Positions 41,203-52,281 of a stretch of DNA of 64,000 nucleotides are shown one piece after another. The DNA is from Microcoleus sp. (GTDB taxonomy: Bacteria > Cyanobacteriota > Cyanobacteriia > Cyanobacteriales > Microcoleaceae): positions 320,001 to 384,000 of the forward strand of contig JAYFMW010000017.1 in assembly GCA_042408215.1 (NCBI GenBank), read 5' to 3'. The notes beneath the pieces were generated by a model that saw nothing but the letters and a program-made list of their open reading frames with translations, did not search any database and was not told the DNA's origin. Made by a program: the position numbers and the translations under genes. Positions within the stretch are counted from its first letter, which is position 1. The number at the start of each line of letters is the position of its first letter.

Positions 41203-42756
41203 TTGACACTCCCCGGTCTAAAGACACGGGGATTCTTAAGGACAAACTTTGGGGGATGAATCCGCCCAAAGTTTAATTCTCAAAGGATTAGTCAGCAACC
41301 CTCTACCCACTCTCTCAATAATTGAGTCTATGGCAAATGATTGATTTTCTAATGATATTAGCAGCACCGTTAACGTCTGCATTGATTAACACCCCAGCGC
41401 TAGAACGGTACAATCCTCTTTTGATTCTTTTACCCGATGGTTGCCAATTGTCAGGTTTTTCACCGACTTTTACTGGCAAAATGTCTCGGTCTAAAAAACT
41501 TGCTTTTGATGTGTAAGATTCATCTTGTTCGACCAATCGCCACCCCCTTAAGTCGCATTCTTGTTGGAGCCTTTCTTTGACTTTAGCGGTGGGTATTTGG
41601 ACAAAGTTCTGATTAGTTTTGCCTCCCATATTAACTTCTTGCTTTTGTCCTTTATTCCAGCCAAAAACCAGGAGATTGATTTGGTAATTTTCGCAATAAT
41701 TTATGATACTTCTAACTGCTTTGTTGACAGCATCTCTCATTCTTCTGGCGCGAGTTTCTGATAACTGTTGCAGTCTTTTTGATGAGAAACCTTTAGGCAA
41801 CTTACATTGATCGTGTACTGATTGCACCCGTGCCTTTTCCTTGTTAAACCACTGGTTCCAAGACTTGAGTCTATGTCCATCAATAATGAATGGCTTACCA
41901 TTACTAGAGACACAAGTTAACCAGTTGTTAATGCCGTGATCTATTCCCAAAACCCCTGTTACTTCCCGGCTACAACTAGGGGCTTGTTCAGTCAGAGATT
42001 CGTGGACATATTCGATCCAGACCTCGCCATTTCTAGGGATTAGCCTGAGTTCTTTAATCTGGCAATCTTTCAGCCTTTCTGGTAAAGTCACCCACAGAGC
42101 ATCTGCCCCAAAGTGTTCTTTGCCTTTGGTTCCCAGAGGTAGCCTTACCCGATTGCCGACTATTTTCAAGGCTTGCCCAGGGTAGGTCACTTGGTACATT
42201 GCTCCCTTGGTTCTGTACTTTGGCAATCTCGGTTTTTGATTAAGTTGCCCCTTTTTAGCCAGCCTTTCTAAGGCTCGGAAAGAACTAAAGGATTCAGCAA
42301 CAGACTTCAGGGATTGTTGGGCGACCTGCGAGTAGAGTAGACCGTAATTTTCGTTGGGTTTGGCAATTTTGTACAGGTCTGGGTATTTAATTACGCCTTT
42401 GTCTTTAAAGTACCGTTGCCTACTTTCGTAAGTGCCGACATTAAATAGATTGTTTGACCATCTGAGGATTTGCTCGACAATGGTTTTGTCAAGTCCCGTT
42501 AAATGCCAAACATCTTTTTGCACTGCGTACATTAATTTGCTTTTGTTGTTGTGACACTAGGTTGATTTATTATATATCGTGAATTAACAAGTTAATTAAT
42601 CCTCAACAAATCTTTACCTTGGTCTCAATTGCTAGAAGTATTTGTCCGGGGACGGTTAAACATTATGTTATATTGAAACTTACGAACAGGCAGGATAAAT
42701 CCTGCCACGCCCTTTCATCCCTGGACTAAAGTCACAGGGTTTTCCGGGTATTTCTT
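41203..42756 (-). mobile_element. IS200/IS605-family TnpB-only element, copy 2
   Basis: Left and right ends are near-identical to 28500-30048; preceded by TTTAT on the minus strand. Confidence 0.85.
41315..42532 (-). CDS. tnpB: RNA-guided endonuclease TnpB
   Basis: 405 aa paralogue of 28719..29936 with the same motifs. Confidence 0.9.
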   Translation of the reverse strand: MYAVQKDVWHLTGLDKTIVEQILRWSNNLFNVGTYESRQRYFKDKGVIKYPDLYKIAKPNENYGLLYSQVAQQSLKSVAESFSSFRALERLAKKGQLNQKPRLPKYRTKGAMYQVTYPGQALKIVGNRVRLPLGTKGKEHFGADALWVTLPERLKDCQIKELRLIPRNGEVWIEYVHESLTEQAPSCSREVTGVLGIDHGINNWLTCVSSNGKPFIIDGHRLKSWNQWFNKEKARVQSVHDQCKLPKGFSSKRLQQLSETRARRMRDAVNKAVRSIINYCENYQINLLVFGWNKGQKQEVNMGGKTNQNFVQIPTAKVKERLQQECDLRGWRLVEQDESYTSKASFLDRDILPVKVGEKPDNWQPSGKRIKRGLYRSSAGVLINADVNGAANIIRKSIICHRLNY

Positions 42757-42761
42757 ATAAA

Positions 42762-42856
42762 TAGGACTTACGCACAGACTCTACTTGTAGGGTGCTCTGT
42801 GGCGCACCTTACTACTACATATCCTGTAAAAATTGACTTATGCAGCCTAAGTCCTG
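42762..42856. repeat. MITE-like element with AGGACTTA / TAAGTCCT ends
   Basis: Same terminal motif at 37819-37929, ~50152 and ~55581. Confidence 0.55.
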
Positions 42857-43110
42857 TTTTACAAGAGTTGCATGGGGCGATCGCGATCGCCAATGTTTTG
42901 TATTTATACAAATAATCATACTTAGCGTTTTTGGTTGGCGATCGGCTTTGTTTGACTGTAGTAGGAGTTACAATAGACCTCGACCATATTTATTGTGGAA
43001 CAGGCCGGACAGCCTGTTCAAGACAGGCTTTTCTGGAGATGTCTAATCACCAATGACAGCCCGACACAGATAGACACGGATACAGGGATTAATGTTTTTT
43101 ACTTGCTCCT

Positions 43111-43195
43111 AATGACCAATGACTAATGACTAATCACCAATAACCAATGACCAATGACCAATGACCAATGACCAATGACCAATGACCAATGACTA
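43111..43195. repeat. STRR heptamer run (AATGACC/AATGACT)
   Basis: Similar runs at ~12385, 39168, 49560, 49665 and 62553. Confidence 0.85.
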
Positions 43196-43660
43196 AAATT
43201 GCTTCATGGCGCGTTCCATATCCCGCTTGTCGTCGCGTTTCTTCATGTCTTCGCGCTTGTCGTAAAGTTTTTTCCCTTTCCCCAAACCAATATCCAGTTT
43301 TACCCAGCCACCTTTCAAGTACATTTTTAACGGCACTAACGTCAAGCCTTTTTCTTCCACTTTGCCGATTAATTTGCGAATTTCCTGCTTGTGCATTAGC
43401 AATTTACGGGTGCGGCGAGGTTCGTGATTAAAATAGGCACTCGCGCTTCTCCAAGGCGAAATGTGAACGTTAATCAGCCACAGTTCGCCATTCCGAACTA
43501 AGGCATATCCGTCCCGCAAATTGGCTTTTCCTTCCCGAATCGATTTAACTTCGGTTCCTTTCAGCTCGATGCCTACTTGGTACGTCTCTATAATCTCATA
43601 GAGATGACGCGCTTGTCGGTTATCACTAACAATTTTGTATCCTTCGGTCTTTTCGCTCAT
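43193..43660 (-). CDS. smpB: SsrA-binding protein
   Basis: [28 protein letters not shown] and GKKLYDKRE motifs. Confidence 0.97.
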   Translation of the reverse strand: MSEKTEGYKIVSDNRQARHLYEIIETYQVGIELKGTEVKSIREGKANLRDGYALVRNGELWLINVHISPWRSASAYFNHEPRRTRKLLMHKQEIRKLIGKVEEKGLTLVPLKMYLKGGWVKLDIGLGKGKKLYDKREDMKKRDDKRDMERAMKQF

Positions 43661-43784
43661 CATTCCCTCCACTAAAAACAGTATAACGTTAGCGACTTTA
43701 ATATTGAAAATCAAAACTTTACAAAACTTAAATTACAGGTCTAGGCATAATCAATTTTGCTGAGCTAAGATGTCACCAACCTGA

Positions 43785-45308
43785 ATGTCAAGTGGTATCA
43801 TGCAGCGCGCCGACAGTCCTAAGTCTGGAGTTAATTTAGTTTGGCTAGCTCCTTTGTTGCTGACAATCGCTTGGTTTTTGGCAAATATCTCGGCAGTAAA
43901 ATGGCTATTATCGTCCGTAGCAGAGATATCTACCATTTACAAGATATTGACCAGTGTTGTAATTGTAGCATTGACTGCCCGGTCGATCGGCAATCCCCAT
44001 CGAGCGATCGAACTTTTGCCGAATTTAGTTCTGAGACGCTACCCGCTGCTGTTGATGTTGGGTGCAGGTATTTTGTCGATCGCCCTTCAGTGCATAATAG
44101 ATATCAAACAAGTTACCGTACTGCTGTTTATCCTAGGAACTTACGGGCTGTGCGGCTTATTCTCTGAGCCGAATTTTTGGCGAAAAAATTTGCCAATAGC
44201 AGGCTTATTGGCTTGTATTTTACCATTCAACAGTCAGTTTAACGGTGGCTTGGGTTTGCCGGCGCGGGTGCTAACGGCTCAGGTGGTAGAGCAATTGCTC
44301 TCAGCTTTACAGATCAAAGCCATTTCTTCTTACGATATCATCGTCTTAGAAAATGGCATCGCTCACGTTGACGTGCCTTGTAGCGGCATTAAAACCCTCT
44401 TAGTAGGAACGCTATTTTTGCTAGCTGCTACCTGGCTAGAAGGGCGTCAATTAGGTTTAAGATGGCTAGCAGTCTGCGCTGCTAATTTCTTAATGTTGCT
44501 GTCTGCTAATGCTGCGCGGGTTGCAGTGTTAGTCGTGGTTTCAGAGGTGTTTAAACAGCAAATATTCGCACAAATTATCCACGTCCCCCTGGGAATTGTG
44601 GGTTTAGTCTGTGCTTGTTTTGTGACCTGGTTGATGCTGCAACGAGTCCCGAAATTTCCGGCAGAAAAAGCCAGCGATATTTCCGCAAAACAAAACTCAG
44701 AAATTCTCAAAAATCAGCCCTTAGCCAAACCCGGACTCATTGCAGCAGTAACTGTTTTGGCAGTAATTTCTCAACTGTCTTATGTAGAAACGCCAAAAAT
44801 GGCGTTCGCACCTTTAAGATTGCCAGAAAACATTATATCCGAATCAATTCCCCTCAATCCTAGCGAACAAAAATTATTTGGTAACTATCCGGGTACGCAA
44901 ACCGAAAAAAGGAGATTTGTAGTCGGCAATTTGCGCGGTTCCATGCTCACAGTAGCGAGCACATCCTGGCAGACTTATCACGCACCAGAGTTATGTTTTG
45001 TAGCTAGCGGAATTTCCGTCGATCGCATAGAAAGAAAACAACTAACATCTGCTGTAATAGCGCGCTGGCTGTCTCTCAAAAACCACCAATTATCAGCAGC
45101 ATACTGGCTGCAATCACCCCAACTAACTACAGATAACTTCATGGCCCGCATCGGCAGCGACATCACTCACAAAAATCACAGTTGGGTGCTAGTTTCCATT
45201 CTATTTGACAGTTATCTAAACCCTGAAAGTTATGAGGTAAAAGACTTCGCTAGTAATGTATATGATGCCATAAAACATAGTTTAATAGGAGAAGTAAATG
45301 AAAATTAA
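43785..45308 (+). CDS. xrtO: Exosortase O
   Basis: Multi-TM protein with VDVPCSG (Cys), ANAARV (Arg) and IIHVPLG (His) triad; adjacent PEP-CTERM gene. Confidence 0.85.
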   Translation: MSSGIMQRADSPKSGVNLVWLAPLLLTIAWFLANISAVKWLLSSVAEISTIYKILTSVVIVALTARSIGNPHRAIELLPNLVLRRYPLLLMLGAGILSIALQCIIDIKQVTVLLFILGTYGLCGLFSEPNFWRKNLPIAGLLACILPFNSQFNGGLGLPARVLTAQVVEQLLSALQIKAISSYDIIVLENGIAHVDVPCSGIKTLLVGTLFLLAATWLEGRQLGLRWLAVCAANFLMLLSANAARVAVLVVVSEVFKQQIFAQIIHVPLGIVGLVCACFVTWLMLQRVPKFPAEKASDISAKQNSEILKNQPLAKPGLIAAVTVLAVISQLSYVETPKMAFAPLRLPENIISESIPLNPSEQKLFGNYPGTQTEKRRFVVGNLRGSMLTVASTSWQTYHAPELCFVASGISVDRIERKQLTSAVIARWLSLKNHQLSAAYWLQSPQLTTDNFMARIGSDITHKNHSWVLVSILFDSYLNPESYEVKDFASNVYDAIKHSLIGEVNEN

Positions 45309-48195
45309 ACAGGTATTCGATCGAAGTTTTAAAGCCATTTTTTGGTTTTGGAATGTGACTTTTTTATCGATAGTTTACTTAGGGATTTTGCCTGTGATAG
45401 GAGTGCAATTAATTATCGCAACAATAGATGGCATCATCCCGCTAGAGTTTTCTTTGACGATCGCAGCGTTGATAGCAGTACCCACTGTGTGTACCATCAT
45501 CGGATTAAGGTGTTTTATCGAGGAACCCCTACAGCTAATGCGTTGGTTTTACGGAGTTGAAGCACCGCTATTTTTGCTGTGTTTAATCCGCTTATTCGGG
45601 CTGCGGGAACTTACCCCAGCCAGCTCTCAAATTATCGCTACAATAGCTTTGTGTATTGCAGCATTTTACGTCGAAATGCTGTACGGATATCAGGGAGAAA
45701 CAGAAAATATTCCAGCGAATTCAGCACTTCAAGATTACCATCAAAAAGAGCATTATTTAACTAAATTACTGGGAGAAAAACGAAGTGCGTGGCTGCAATT
45801 AGGATGCCACAGTTTAATGCTATTAGTTGGCATTTGGGCGGCAACATTGTTGATGTACTACGCTCTGCCGGTGGCAGGAGTTACAGTTGCTGGCTTCTTC
45901 AGTTTAGTCATAGAATTCTTCCAGTTTACATGGGTATCACCATTTCTGGAGATGTTTAAAGACGGGGCGTGGGTAGTGGCTTTAATTTGGATATCACTCT
46001 CCTTTACATGGTTTGGGTTAACCTGTAGCTTATTCGTTGTAATGCCTTCGCTTTACGGCTTTCTCTACATTCATTCATGGCGGAAAATATTTCGCATTTT
46101 TGCTACGCAATACGGGAAAAATCAGGCGATTGTGGGAAGTTTGGGAGTAATAGCAGCTTGGCTGGCTATTTTCTCCGCTTTGCAGCAACAGCCACAAGTT
46201 GAAGCACTGAAAATGCTGGCGAATCCGCCCACAAATGACAGCAGTCGGCAAACTTTATTAGCGAAGTCTGAGGTGATTCGTTCGGGCTTAGTTAATGCTT
46301 ATTTGTCGCCTTACCGCTACCTCAGCACTGTGGGAGAAAACAACCACATTTATGAGATATACAAAAACACTTTGAATTTGCCTGACGGAGCGGCTAAGAC
46401 TGTGCAGAACAGCTATAATTTTTTAATGTCGCCGTTTTTGTATAAAGGCTCTAGTGCTGATGCTAAAAAAGCCGAAAAACTCTACGGCGAATTCTTTGAT
46501 ACGGAACTCCAAAAAGGTGAGAGAGAAGCAGTACAGCACGCGCTACAGTCTACGTTTGACCGGGAAGAAGCTAAAGCAGGTTTGCTGAATGTTAATCAGG
46601 AAAAAGTATGGCTGGAATCGCAAGAAGTTACCGTCCAAGAAAACGGCGATTGGGCAGATGTTCAACTCTACGAAGTTTACCAAAATCAAACGCCGAACTT
46701 GCAAGAAGTATTCTACTATTTTTCCTTGCCGGAAAGCGCTGCGGTTACGGGAATTTGGCTGGGAGATACGGCTGATTTAAACAAGCGTTTTGCGTTTACT
46801 GTATCGCCACGAGGTGCCGCCCAGCAAGTCTACAACCAACAAGTAGTAGAAAGAGTAGATCCGGCTTTGCTAGAACAAATTGGCCCCAAACAATATCGCT
46901 TGCGGGCTTTTCCAATTCCGGTTAAACGAGAATTCACCCAAACTAACGAGCCAACGGAAATGCACCTTTGGCTTACTTACAAAGTCATGCGACAAGCACA
47001 AGGTTGGGCGATGCCTGTTTTGGCTGAAAAACGTAACATTTTTTGGAATGAAGATACTCGCCGCATGATTTCTGGAAAACAGGTATATTACAGTGATAAA
47101 GAGGCAAAAGAAACTTGGCTACCACCCTTTTTGCCAGCAGTTGCACAGCAGCCTCTGACATCTCATCAAGCGAGTCTACCGGGAGGAAATATCATTTCTG
47201 CTAAGCCTCTTGCTAGTTCTAATTACTCGCTACCGCAAGGCAATAAGTTTGCATTGATTCTGGATACTTCTCGCAGTATGGCAACTGAAAATCAGAAAGT
47301 AAAGGAGAGTTTTGAATGGTTGAAAGCTAATACTGTAGGCAAAAATGGTGTTGATTTGTATGTCGCTAGTGCTGCGGGAATGCCACCGAAGTTGGTGAAA
47401 GATTTACGCAGTTTTGATGTAGGAAAGTTAAGGTTTTATGGTACAATCCAACTCAAGGATATGCTGCAACAGTTTGCACAGTTGCGCGGCGATCAAAGTT
47501 ATGATAGTGTATTTTTGGTGAGCGATCGCCATAGTTACGAATTATCGGACGATCGCCAAAACACCGTTTCCATGCCTACACCGCTGTGGATAGTGCATTT
47601 GGGAGGTTTGCCGCCCGGTTATGACGACGCTACTTTAAAGACAATTCAAGATAGTGGCGGCGGAGTTTCTACGGATATTAAAGAGGCGATGCAGCGAGGG
47701 GCGACGACAGCAGCATCAGGCAATTCTGTAGTTAGTGTTGTGGATGGTTATGCTTGGAGTTATGCCCAAAATGCGAAATCAGAAAAGAAACTGAAATCGG
47801 CGGCTGCAATAGAGCCAGTAGATGCCGTAAATGAAGGATTTAAACCAATAGCTGCGCGGCAGTCGATCGCGGCACTTAGCAAGCAGAAAATTTCAAATCA
47901 ATTGAGTCAATTGGATGCGATGCACTCGCTGGCTAAAACCTTTAATGTGGTAACGCCTTATTCTTCGATGATTGTGTTAGTTAATGACGCGCAAAGGGAG
48001 CAGCTAAAAGAAGCAGAAGCCAAGAAAGATCGATTTGAAAGAAAGGTGGAATCCGGTAAGGAGGAGTTGAGTAAACCAGGAAATCCTCTGAATGTTTCTG
48101 GGGTTCCCGAACCGGAAGAATGGCTGCTTTTGGGGGTTGGTGCGATCGGGCTTTTGGTGATTTTCTTCCGTCAGCGGCGCGCGAAAATGGTATAA
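45298..48195 (+). CDS. PEP-CTERM integral membrane protein (TIGR02921-like; TM bundle, VIT-like and vWA domains)
   Basis: C-terminal VPEPEEW + TM + RQRR; DPALLEQ and LDTSRSM motifs. Confidence 0.88.
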   Translation: MKIKQVFDRSFKAIFWFWNVTFLSIVYLGILPVIGVQLIIATIDGIIPLEFSLTIAALIAVPTVCTIIGLRCFIEEPLQLMRWFYGVEAPLFLLCLIRLFGLRELTPASSQIIATIALCIAAFYVEMLYGYQGETENIPANSALQDYHQKEHYLTKLLGEKRSAWLQLGCHSLMLLVGIWAATLLMYYALPVAGVTVAGFFSLVIEFFQFTWVSPFLEMFKDGAWVVALIWISLSFTWFGLTCSLFVVMPSLYGFLYIHSWRKIFRIFATQYGKNQAIVGSLGVIAAWLAIFSALQQQPQVEALKMLANPPTNDSSRQTLLAKSEVIRSGLVNAYLSPYRYLSTVGENNHIYEIYKNTLNLPDGAAKTVQNSYNFLMSPFLYKGSSADAKKAEKLYGEFFDTELQKGEREAVQHALQSTFDREEAKAGLLNVNQEKVWLESQEVTVQENGDWADVQLYEVYQNQTPNLQEVFYYFSLPESAAVTGIWLGDTADLNKRFAFTVSPRGAAQQVYNQQVVERVDPALLEQIGPKQYRLRAFPIPVKREFTQTNEPTEMHLWLTYKVMRQAQGWAMPVLAEKRNIFWNEDTRRMISGKQVYYSDKEAKETWLPPFLPAVAQQPLTSHQASLPGGNIISAKPLASSNYSLPQGNKFALILDTSRSMATENQKVKESFEWLKANTVGKNGVDLYVASAAGMPPKLVKDLRSFDVGKLRFYGTIQLKDMLQQFAQLRGDQSYDSVFLVSDRHSYELSDDRQNTVSMPTPLWIVHLGGLPPGYDDATLKTIQDSGGGVSTDIKEAMQRGATTAASGNSVVSVVDGYAWSYAQNAKSEKKLKSAAAIEPVDAVNEGFKPIAARQSIAALSKQKISNQLSQLDAMHSLAKTFNVVTPYSSMIVLVNDAQREQLKEAEAKKDRFERKVESGKEELSKPGNPLNVSGVPEPEEWLLLGVGAIGLLVIFFRQRRAKMV

Positions 48196-48443
48196 AGTAC
48201 GCATGGGCCCAGAAACCGGGTTTTTCACCTAATTTACGGTGTGTAACGAAGTATTTCGTAAAAAACCCGGTTTCTTTGGGAGTGCGTCCAGGATTATACA
48301 ACACCCTTGTCGATCCCCCCTAGGGCTTGTTTTAAAACCCGGAGATCCCCCGCATTCTTGCCCCTACTCACCCCTTACTCCCCTTAACAAGGGGGGGACA
48401 AGAGTATTCTCTCGTCACCCCCTACTCACACCCTACTCCCTTT

Positions 48444-48797
48444 TTAAGGGGGATTTAGGGGGAGATCCACAGTGTTGCATTCTTTTTTGAAATTGGTATT
48501 AATTTCTACAAAAATGCGATCGCCCTCAATCTTCACCGGATAAGATTGCAGCCCTGGTGCTGGTGCATTCAAACATTTACCGCTATCTAACTTGTACTGA
48601 AATTTATGAAAAGGACAGGTAATGATACCGTTGCTTACCTTACCCATGTCGATCGGATATTCCAAGTGAGTGCAAGCATTGCGGTAACAAGTGACATTCA
48701 TGCCTTGACGGTTTAAAATCAGCGAAATCCCCTCAACTTTTACCTCCAAAATATCCCATTTTGGAACGTGATTCAGCGCCGTTATCTCTACCCACAT
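48444..48797 (-). CDS. Rieske [2Fe-2S] domain protein
   Basis: CTH and CPFH ligand motifs. Confidence 0.8.
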   Translation of the reverse strand: MWVEITALNHVPKWDILEVKVEGISLILNRQGMNVTCYRNACTHLEYPIDMGKVSNGIITCPFHKFQYKLDSGKCLNAPAPGLQSYPVKIEGDRIFVEINTNFKKECNTVDLPLNPP

Positions 48798-48845
48798 AGA
48801 CTTTTTTGTTCATAGAATTGAATGAGCTTTCTATTAGAGCATATT

Positions 48846-49514
48846 CTACGGATGAATCTGACTCAAAATCACCCTCAACCTGTCATAATCATCCTTGAGC
48901 AAAACACTCAAACTCCTGCCCGCTTCCACCAACCACGATCGATCGCGCTTTCGCAACTGATAAATCTCCCGAATCGTCGCCGCCGTCAGCGCATCCACCG
49001 GCGCATTAGTCACCCCCAGCAGCGTCCTCAAAAAATCCAACTGTCCACTAAAATCAATCACCTCATCGGGTTCGCAGTGATAAACCGCCTGGTGAATTTG
49101 CGGTGGCCGCGGCGGGAGATATTGATAAATTCTACCTCTGGACTCCCCCTGTCCGTTCAACCTTTCCGGCGGCATCTCAAACCCCACAATTGCTACTCGA
49201 AACTCGGTTTTTAGCATCGCAAAAATCTGCGGCTGTTCTTCGCGCAAATCTGCTAGCGACAAACCCAAAGCCCTAGCTCTGTGCACCGAGTCGATCGGGC
49301 TAGTCGTAGCGTAATAAACCACCCCATAAATTTGATTTTTCGACTCTTCATCCTCGGCTTTCACCCAACTCCCAAAAGGCGGCATCACCGGAAAACTCAA
49401 ATCTTCCGGTTCCAAGCACTGAGCCAAAAATTCCGAAGTTGATGTCTCGATTACCTCAGCAATGCGATCGGGATGGCGGTCTTTTGTGGCAAATTGTGGT
49501 AAAGGCAAACGCAT
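48846..49514 (-). CDS. HAS-barrel domain protein
   Basis: AEVIETSTSEFLAQC, PPFGSWVK and QYLPPRPPQIH motifs. Confidence 0.75.
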   Translation of the reverse strand: MRLPLPQFATKDRHPDRIAEVIETSTSEFLAQCLEPEDLSFPVMPPFGSWVKAEDEESKNQIYGVVYYATTSPIDSVHRARALGLSLADLREEQPQIFAMLKTEFRVAIVGFEMPPERLNGQGESRGRIYQYLPPRPPQIHQAVYHCEPDEVIDFSGQLDFLRTLLGVTNAPVDALTAATIREIYQLRKRDRSWLVEAGRSLSVLLKDDYDRLRVILSQIHP

Positions 49515-49736
49515 AGTTTTAATGATTAGTTATTAGTGATTTGTTATGAGTTATGAGTTATTAGTCATTAGTCATTAGTCATTAGTCATTAGTCATTAGT
49601 CATTAGTTTTGAATGAGTTTTCAATGAGCTTTTTTATTTGCCTGGTATTCGGTATTTTTCTAATTACCAATTACCAATGACCAATTACCAATGACCAATG
49701 ACTACTGACTAATGACTACTGACTAATAACTAATGA

Positions 49737-49928
49737 CTACTTCGCCCGACCGGCTGTAGCATCCACAAGTTCCAACTGCGACAGCCGAAACGCGATCAAT
49801 TTGTCCCAATTCCCGGCTTCAAACAGCACAGCGGCTTTCCCGTCAGTAACTCGCTGGACTTGTCCTTGAAAGCCGTAGTAAATCTCGACTTTATCTTTAA
49901 CTCGAACTGCTGAACCAGGAAAAATCAT
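49737..49928 (-). CDS. ndhS: NDH-1 complex subunit S
   Basis: [10 protein letters not shown]...[28 protein letters not shown]. Confidence 0.9.
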   Translation of the reverse strand: MIFPGSAVRVKDKVEIYYGFQGQVQRVTDGKAAVLFEAGNWDKLIAFRLSQLELVDATAGRAK

Positions 49929-50166
49929 AATTGTTCACAATTGATGTTTGCTCTCTATAGCTTACCGCTCAGCAAGCATCAAAAATCTAGAAATGTCGAT
50001 CGCGACTTATGCACCAAAACCGAAGTAACCGGGTTTTTTGCGGTTTTTGCGGGCTGTAACACGTCTTTTCGTCCATCAAACCCGGTTTCTGACCAGTCCT
50101 GGATGCACTTCGACGCTTCTACCTAAAAAACCCGGTTGCTGGGCCCCCATCGTAAGTCCTAAACCT

Positions 50167-50514
50167 TTAACCCGGAGGCCATTTCATGTGACGCCCGCCC
50201 AGAATGTGAAGGTGCAGATGGTCTACAGTCTGGCCGCCATCGTTCCCATTGTTAATCACAACTCGATAGCCGTTGCTGAGTCCGAGTTGTTCTGCTACCC
50301 GTTTGACAGTCAGCAGCAAGTGTCCCATGAGAGCATGATCTCCAGATTCGGCATCGGCTAATTTGGGAATAGGCTTTTTGGGAATTAGGATGATGTGAAT
50401 CGGTGCTTGCGGATGGACATCTCGGAAGGCTAGGGCTAAGTCGTCTTCATAAACGATGTCTGCGGGAATCTCGCGGCGGATGATTTTGCTGAAAATGGTT
50501 TCTTGAGTTGTCAT
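50167..50514 (-). CDS. Histidine triad (HIT) nucleotide-binding protein
   Basis: TIFSKII and HLHLH motif; start moved to ATG 50514. Confidence 0.92.
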   Translation of the reverse strand: MTTQETIFSKIIRREIPADIVYEDDLALAFRDVHPQAPIHIILIPKKPIPKLADAESGDHALMGHLLLTVKRVAEQLGLSNGYRVVINNGNDGGQTVDHLHLHILGGRHMKWPPG

Positions 50515-50672
50515 GAGTGTGAAGGAAGTTCGGCAACGGATTCTGTAACGGATGTAACGGATGAAAGGAAGAGGTAAGAAGAAAAAGTTTTTTCTACTGT
50601 TCCGAGTTTCTTGTTCCATCGTTAATCATAATAGACGATAGATGAAAGATAGCCGAACAAGGATAAAAAATA

Positions 50673-52202
50673 ATGCTTGCTAGGGTTTGGAGTGCATCGA
50701 TCGTTGGAGTTGACGCGGTAAAGGTGGGTGTTGAGGCTGATGTGTCGGGAGGGCTACCCAAAATTGTGGTTGTGGGATTGCCAGATTCTGCGGTACAAGA
50801 AGCTAAGGAAAGGGTTAGGGCGACGCTGAAAAATTCGGGATATGCTTTTCCGATGCGGAGTATTGTGATTAATTTGACTCCGGCGGATTTGCGGAAGGAA
50901 GGGCCGAGTTTCGATTTGCCGATCGCCATTGGCATTTTAGCAGCATCGGAACAAGTCAGCGGTGAACTTTTGGGAGATCATTTGTTTCTGGGGGAACTCT
51001 CTTTAGATGGGACTTTGCGGGCTGTGGCTGGGGTTTTGCCGATCGCCGCTGCTGCTAAAAAAATGGGTATTTCGGGATTGGTTGTACCGGCTGGTAATGC
51101 GGAAGAAGCGGCTTTGGTACAGGGAATATCTGTTTATGGTTTTGAGAATATTTTTGCAGTTACTGATTTTTTGAACAATCCTGAAGTTTATTCGCCTGTA
51201 GAAGTCAACGGTAGAGAAGAGTTAGCAAAAACGCGGATTCCGGGTTTAGATTTAAAGGATGTAAAGGGGCAAATTCACGCGCGGCGGGCTTTGGAAATTG
51301 CGGCTGCGGGGGGACACAATTTGATTTTTGTGGGGCCTCCAGGGAGCGGTAAGACTATGCTGGCGAGACGTTTACCGGGTATTTTGCCGCCGCTGACTTT
51401 TGAGGAAGCTTTGGATGTGACTCAGATTCATTCGGTGGCGGGGTTGCTGAAGGATAAAGGTAGCTTGGTGGGCGATCGGCCTTTTCGCAGTCCTCACCAT
51501 TCAGCATCGGGCCCTTCTTTGGTAGGTGGCGGCAGTTTTCCGCGTCCGGGGGAAATTTCTTTAGCACATCGTGGCATACTTTTTTTGGATGAATTAACTG
51601 AGTTTAAAAGAGATGTTTTGGAGTTTTTGCGGCAACCGCTGGAAGATGGTTATGTGACGATTTCTCGGACTAGACAATCGGTGATGTTTCCGGCTCAATT
51701 TACTTTAGTTGCGAGTACGAATCCCTGCGCTTGCGGTTACTACGGCGACTCGATTCAACAGTGTACTTGTTCGCCGCAAAAGAGGGAGCAATATTGGGCA
51801 AAACTTTCTGGGCCTTTGATGGATCGGATTGATTTGCAAGTGGCGGTGAATCGTTTGAAACCGGAGGAGATTACGCGACAGCCGACGGGGGAGGAGTCGG
51901 AACCGGTGCGGGTGAGGGTTCAGCGGGCGCGGGCGATCGCAACTCACCGTTTTAGGTCAGAATCTAGTTTGCGCTGTAATGCGGAGATGCAAAGCAGTCA
52001 CATTAACCAATGGTGTCAGTTGGATGATGCTTCTCGGAATTTATTGGAGATGGCGATTCGGAAGTTGGGGCTTTCGGCTAGGGCTAGCGATCGAATTTTG
52101 AAGGTTGCGAGAACTATTGCTGATTTGTCGGGGGATGAAAGTTTGAAAACGAATCATGTGGCGGAGGCGGTGCAGTATCGGACGATCGATCGAATGCAAT
52201 AA
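50673..52202 (+). CDS. comM: YifB/ComM Mg-chelatase-like AAA+ ATPase
   Basis: KEGPSFDL, GPPGSGKT, FRSPHHS, LFLDE and NPCACG motifs. Confidence 0.9.
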   Translation: MLARVWSASIVGVDAVKVGVEADVSGGLPKIVVVGLPDSAVQEAKERVRATLKNSGYAFPMRSIVINLTPADLRKEGPSFDLPIAIGILAASEQVSGELLGDHLFLGELSLDGTLRAVAGVLPIAAAAKKMGISGLVVPAGNAEEAALVQGISVYGFENIFAVTDFLNNPEVYSPVEVNGREELAKTRIPGLDLKDVKGQIHARRALEIAAAGGHNLIFVGPPGSGKTMLARRLPGILPPLTFEEALDVTQIHSVAGLLKDKGSLVGDRPFRSPHHSASGPSLVGGGSFPRPGEISLAHRGILFLDELTEFKRDVLEFLRQPLEDGYVTISRTRQSVMFPAQFTLVASTNPCACGYYGDSIQQCTCSPQKREQYWAKLSGPLMDRIDLQVAVNRLKPEEITRQPTGEESEPVRVRVQRARAIATHRFRSESSLRCNAEMQSSHINQWCQLDDASRNLLEMAIRKLGLSARASDRILKVARTIADLSGDESLKTNHVAEAVQYRTIDRMQ

Positions 52203-52281
52203 TTTTATACCAATTCCCAAAAGTAGGGAAACGGCACTGCCGTGTCCGGCGCGAGCATCTGTAGGGAGACTCAAGCGTACC

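Noticed and set aside
42760..43780. tmRNA (ssrA) or tRNA near smpB
   Set aside because: No tRNA-like termini recognised; the region consists of repeats
48846..49514. HerA-NurA system
   Set aside because: Only the HAS-barrel gene is present; no herA or nurA in the window
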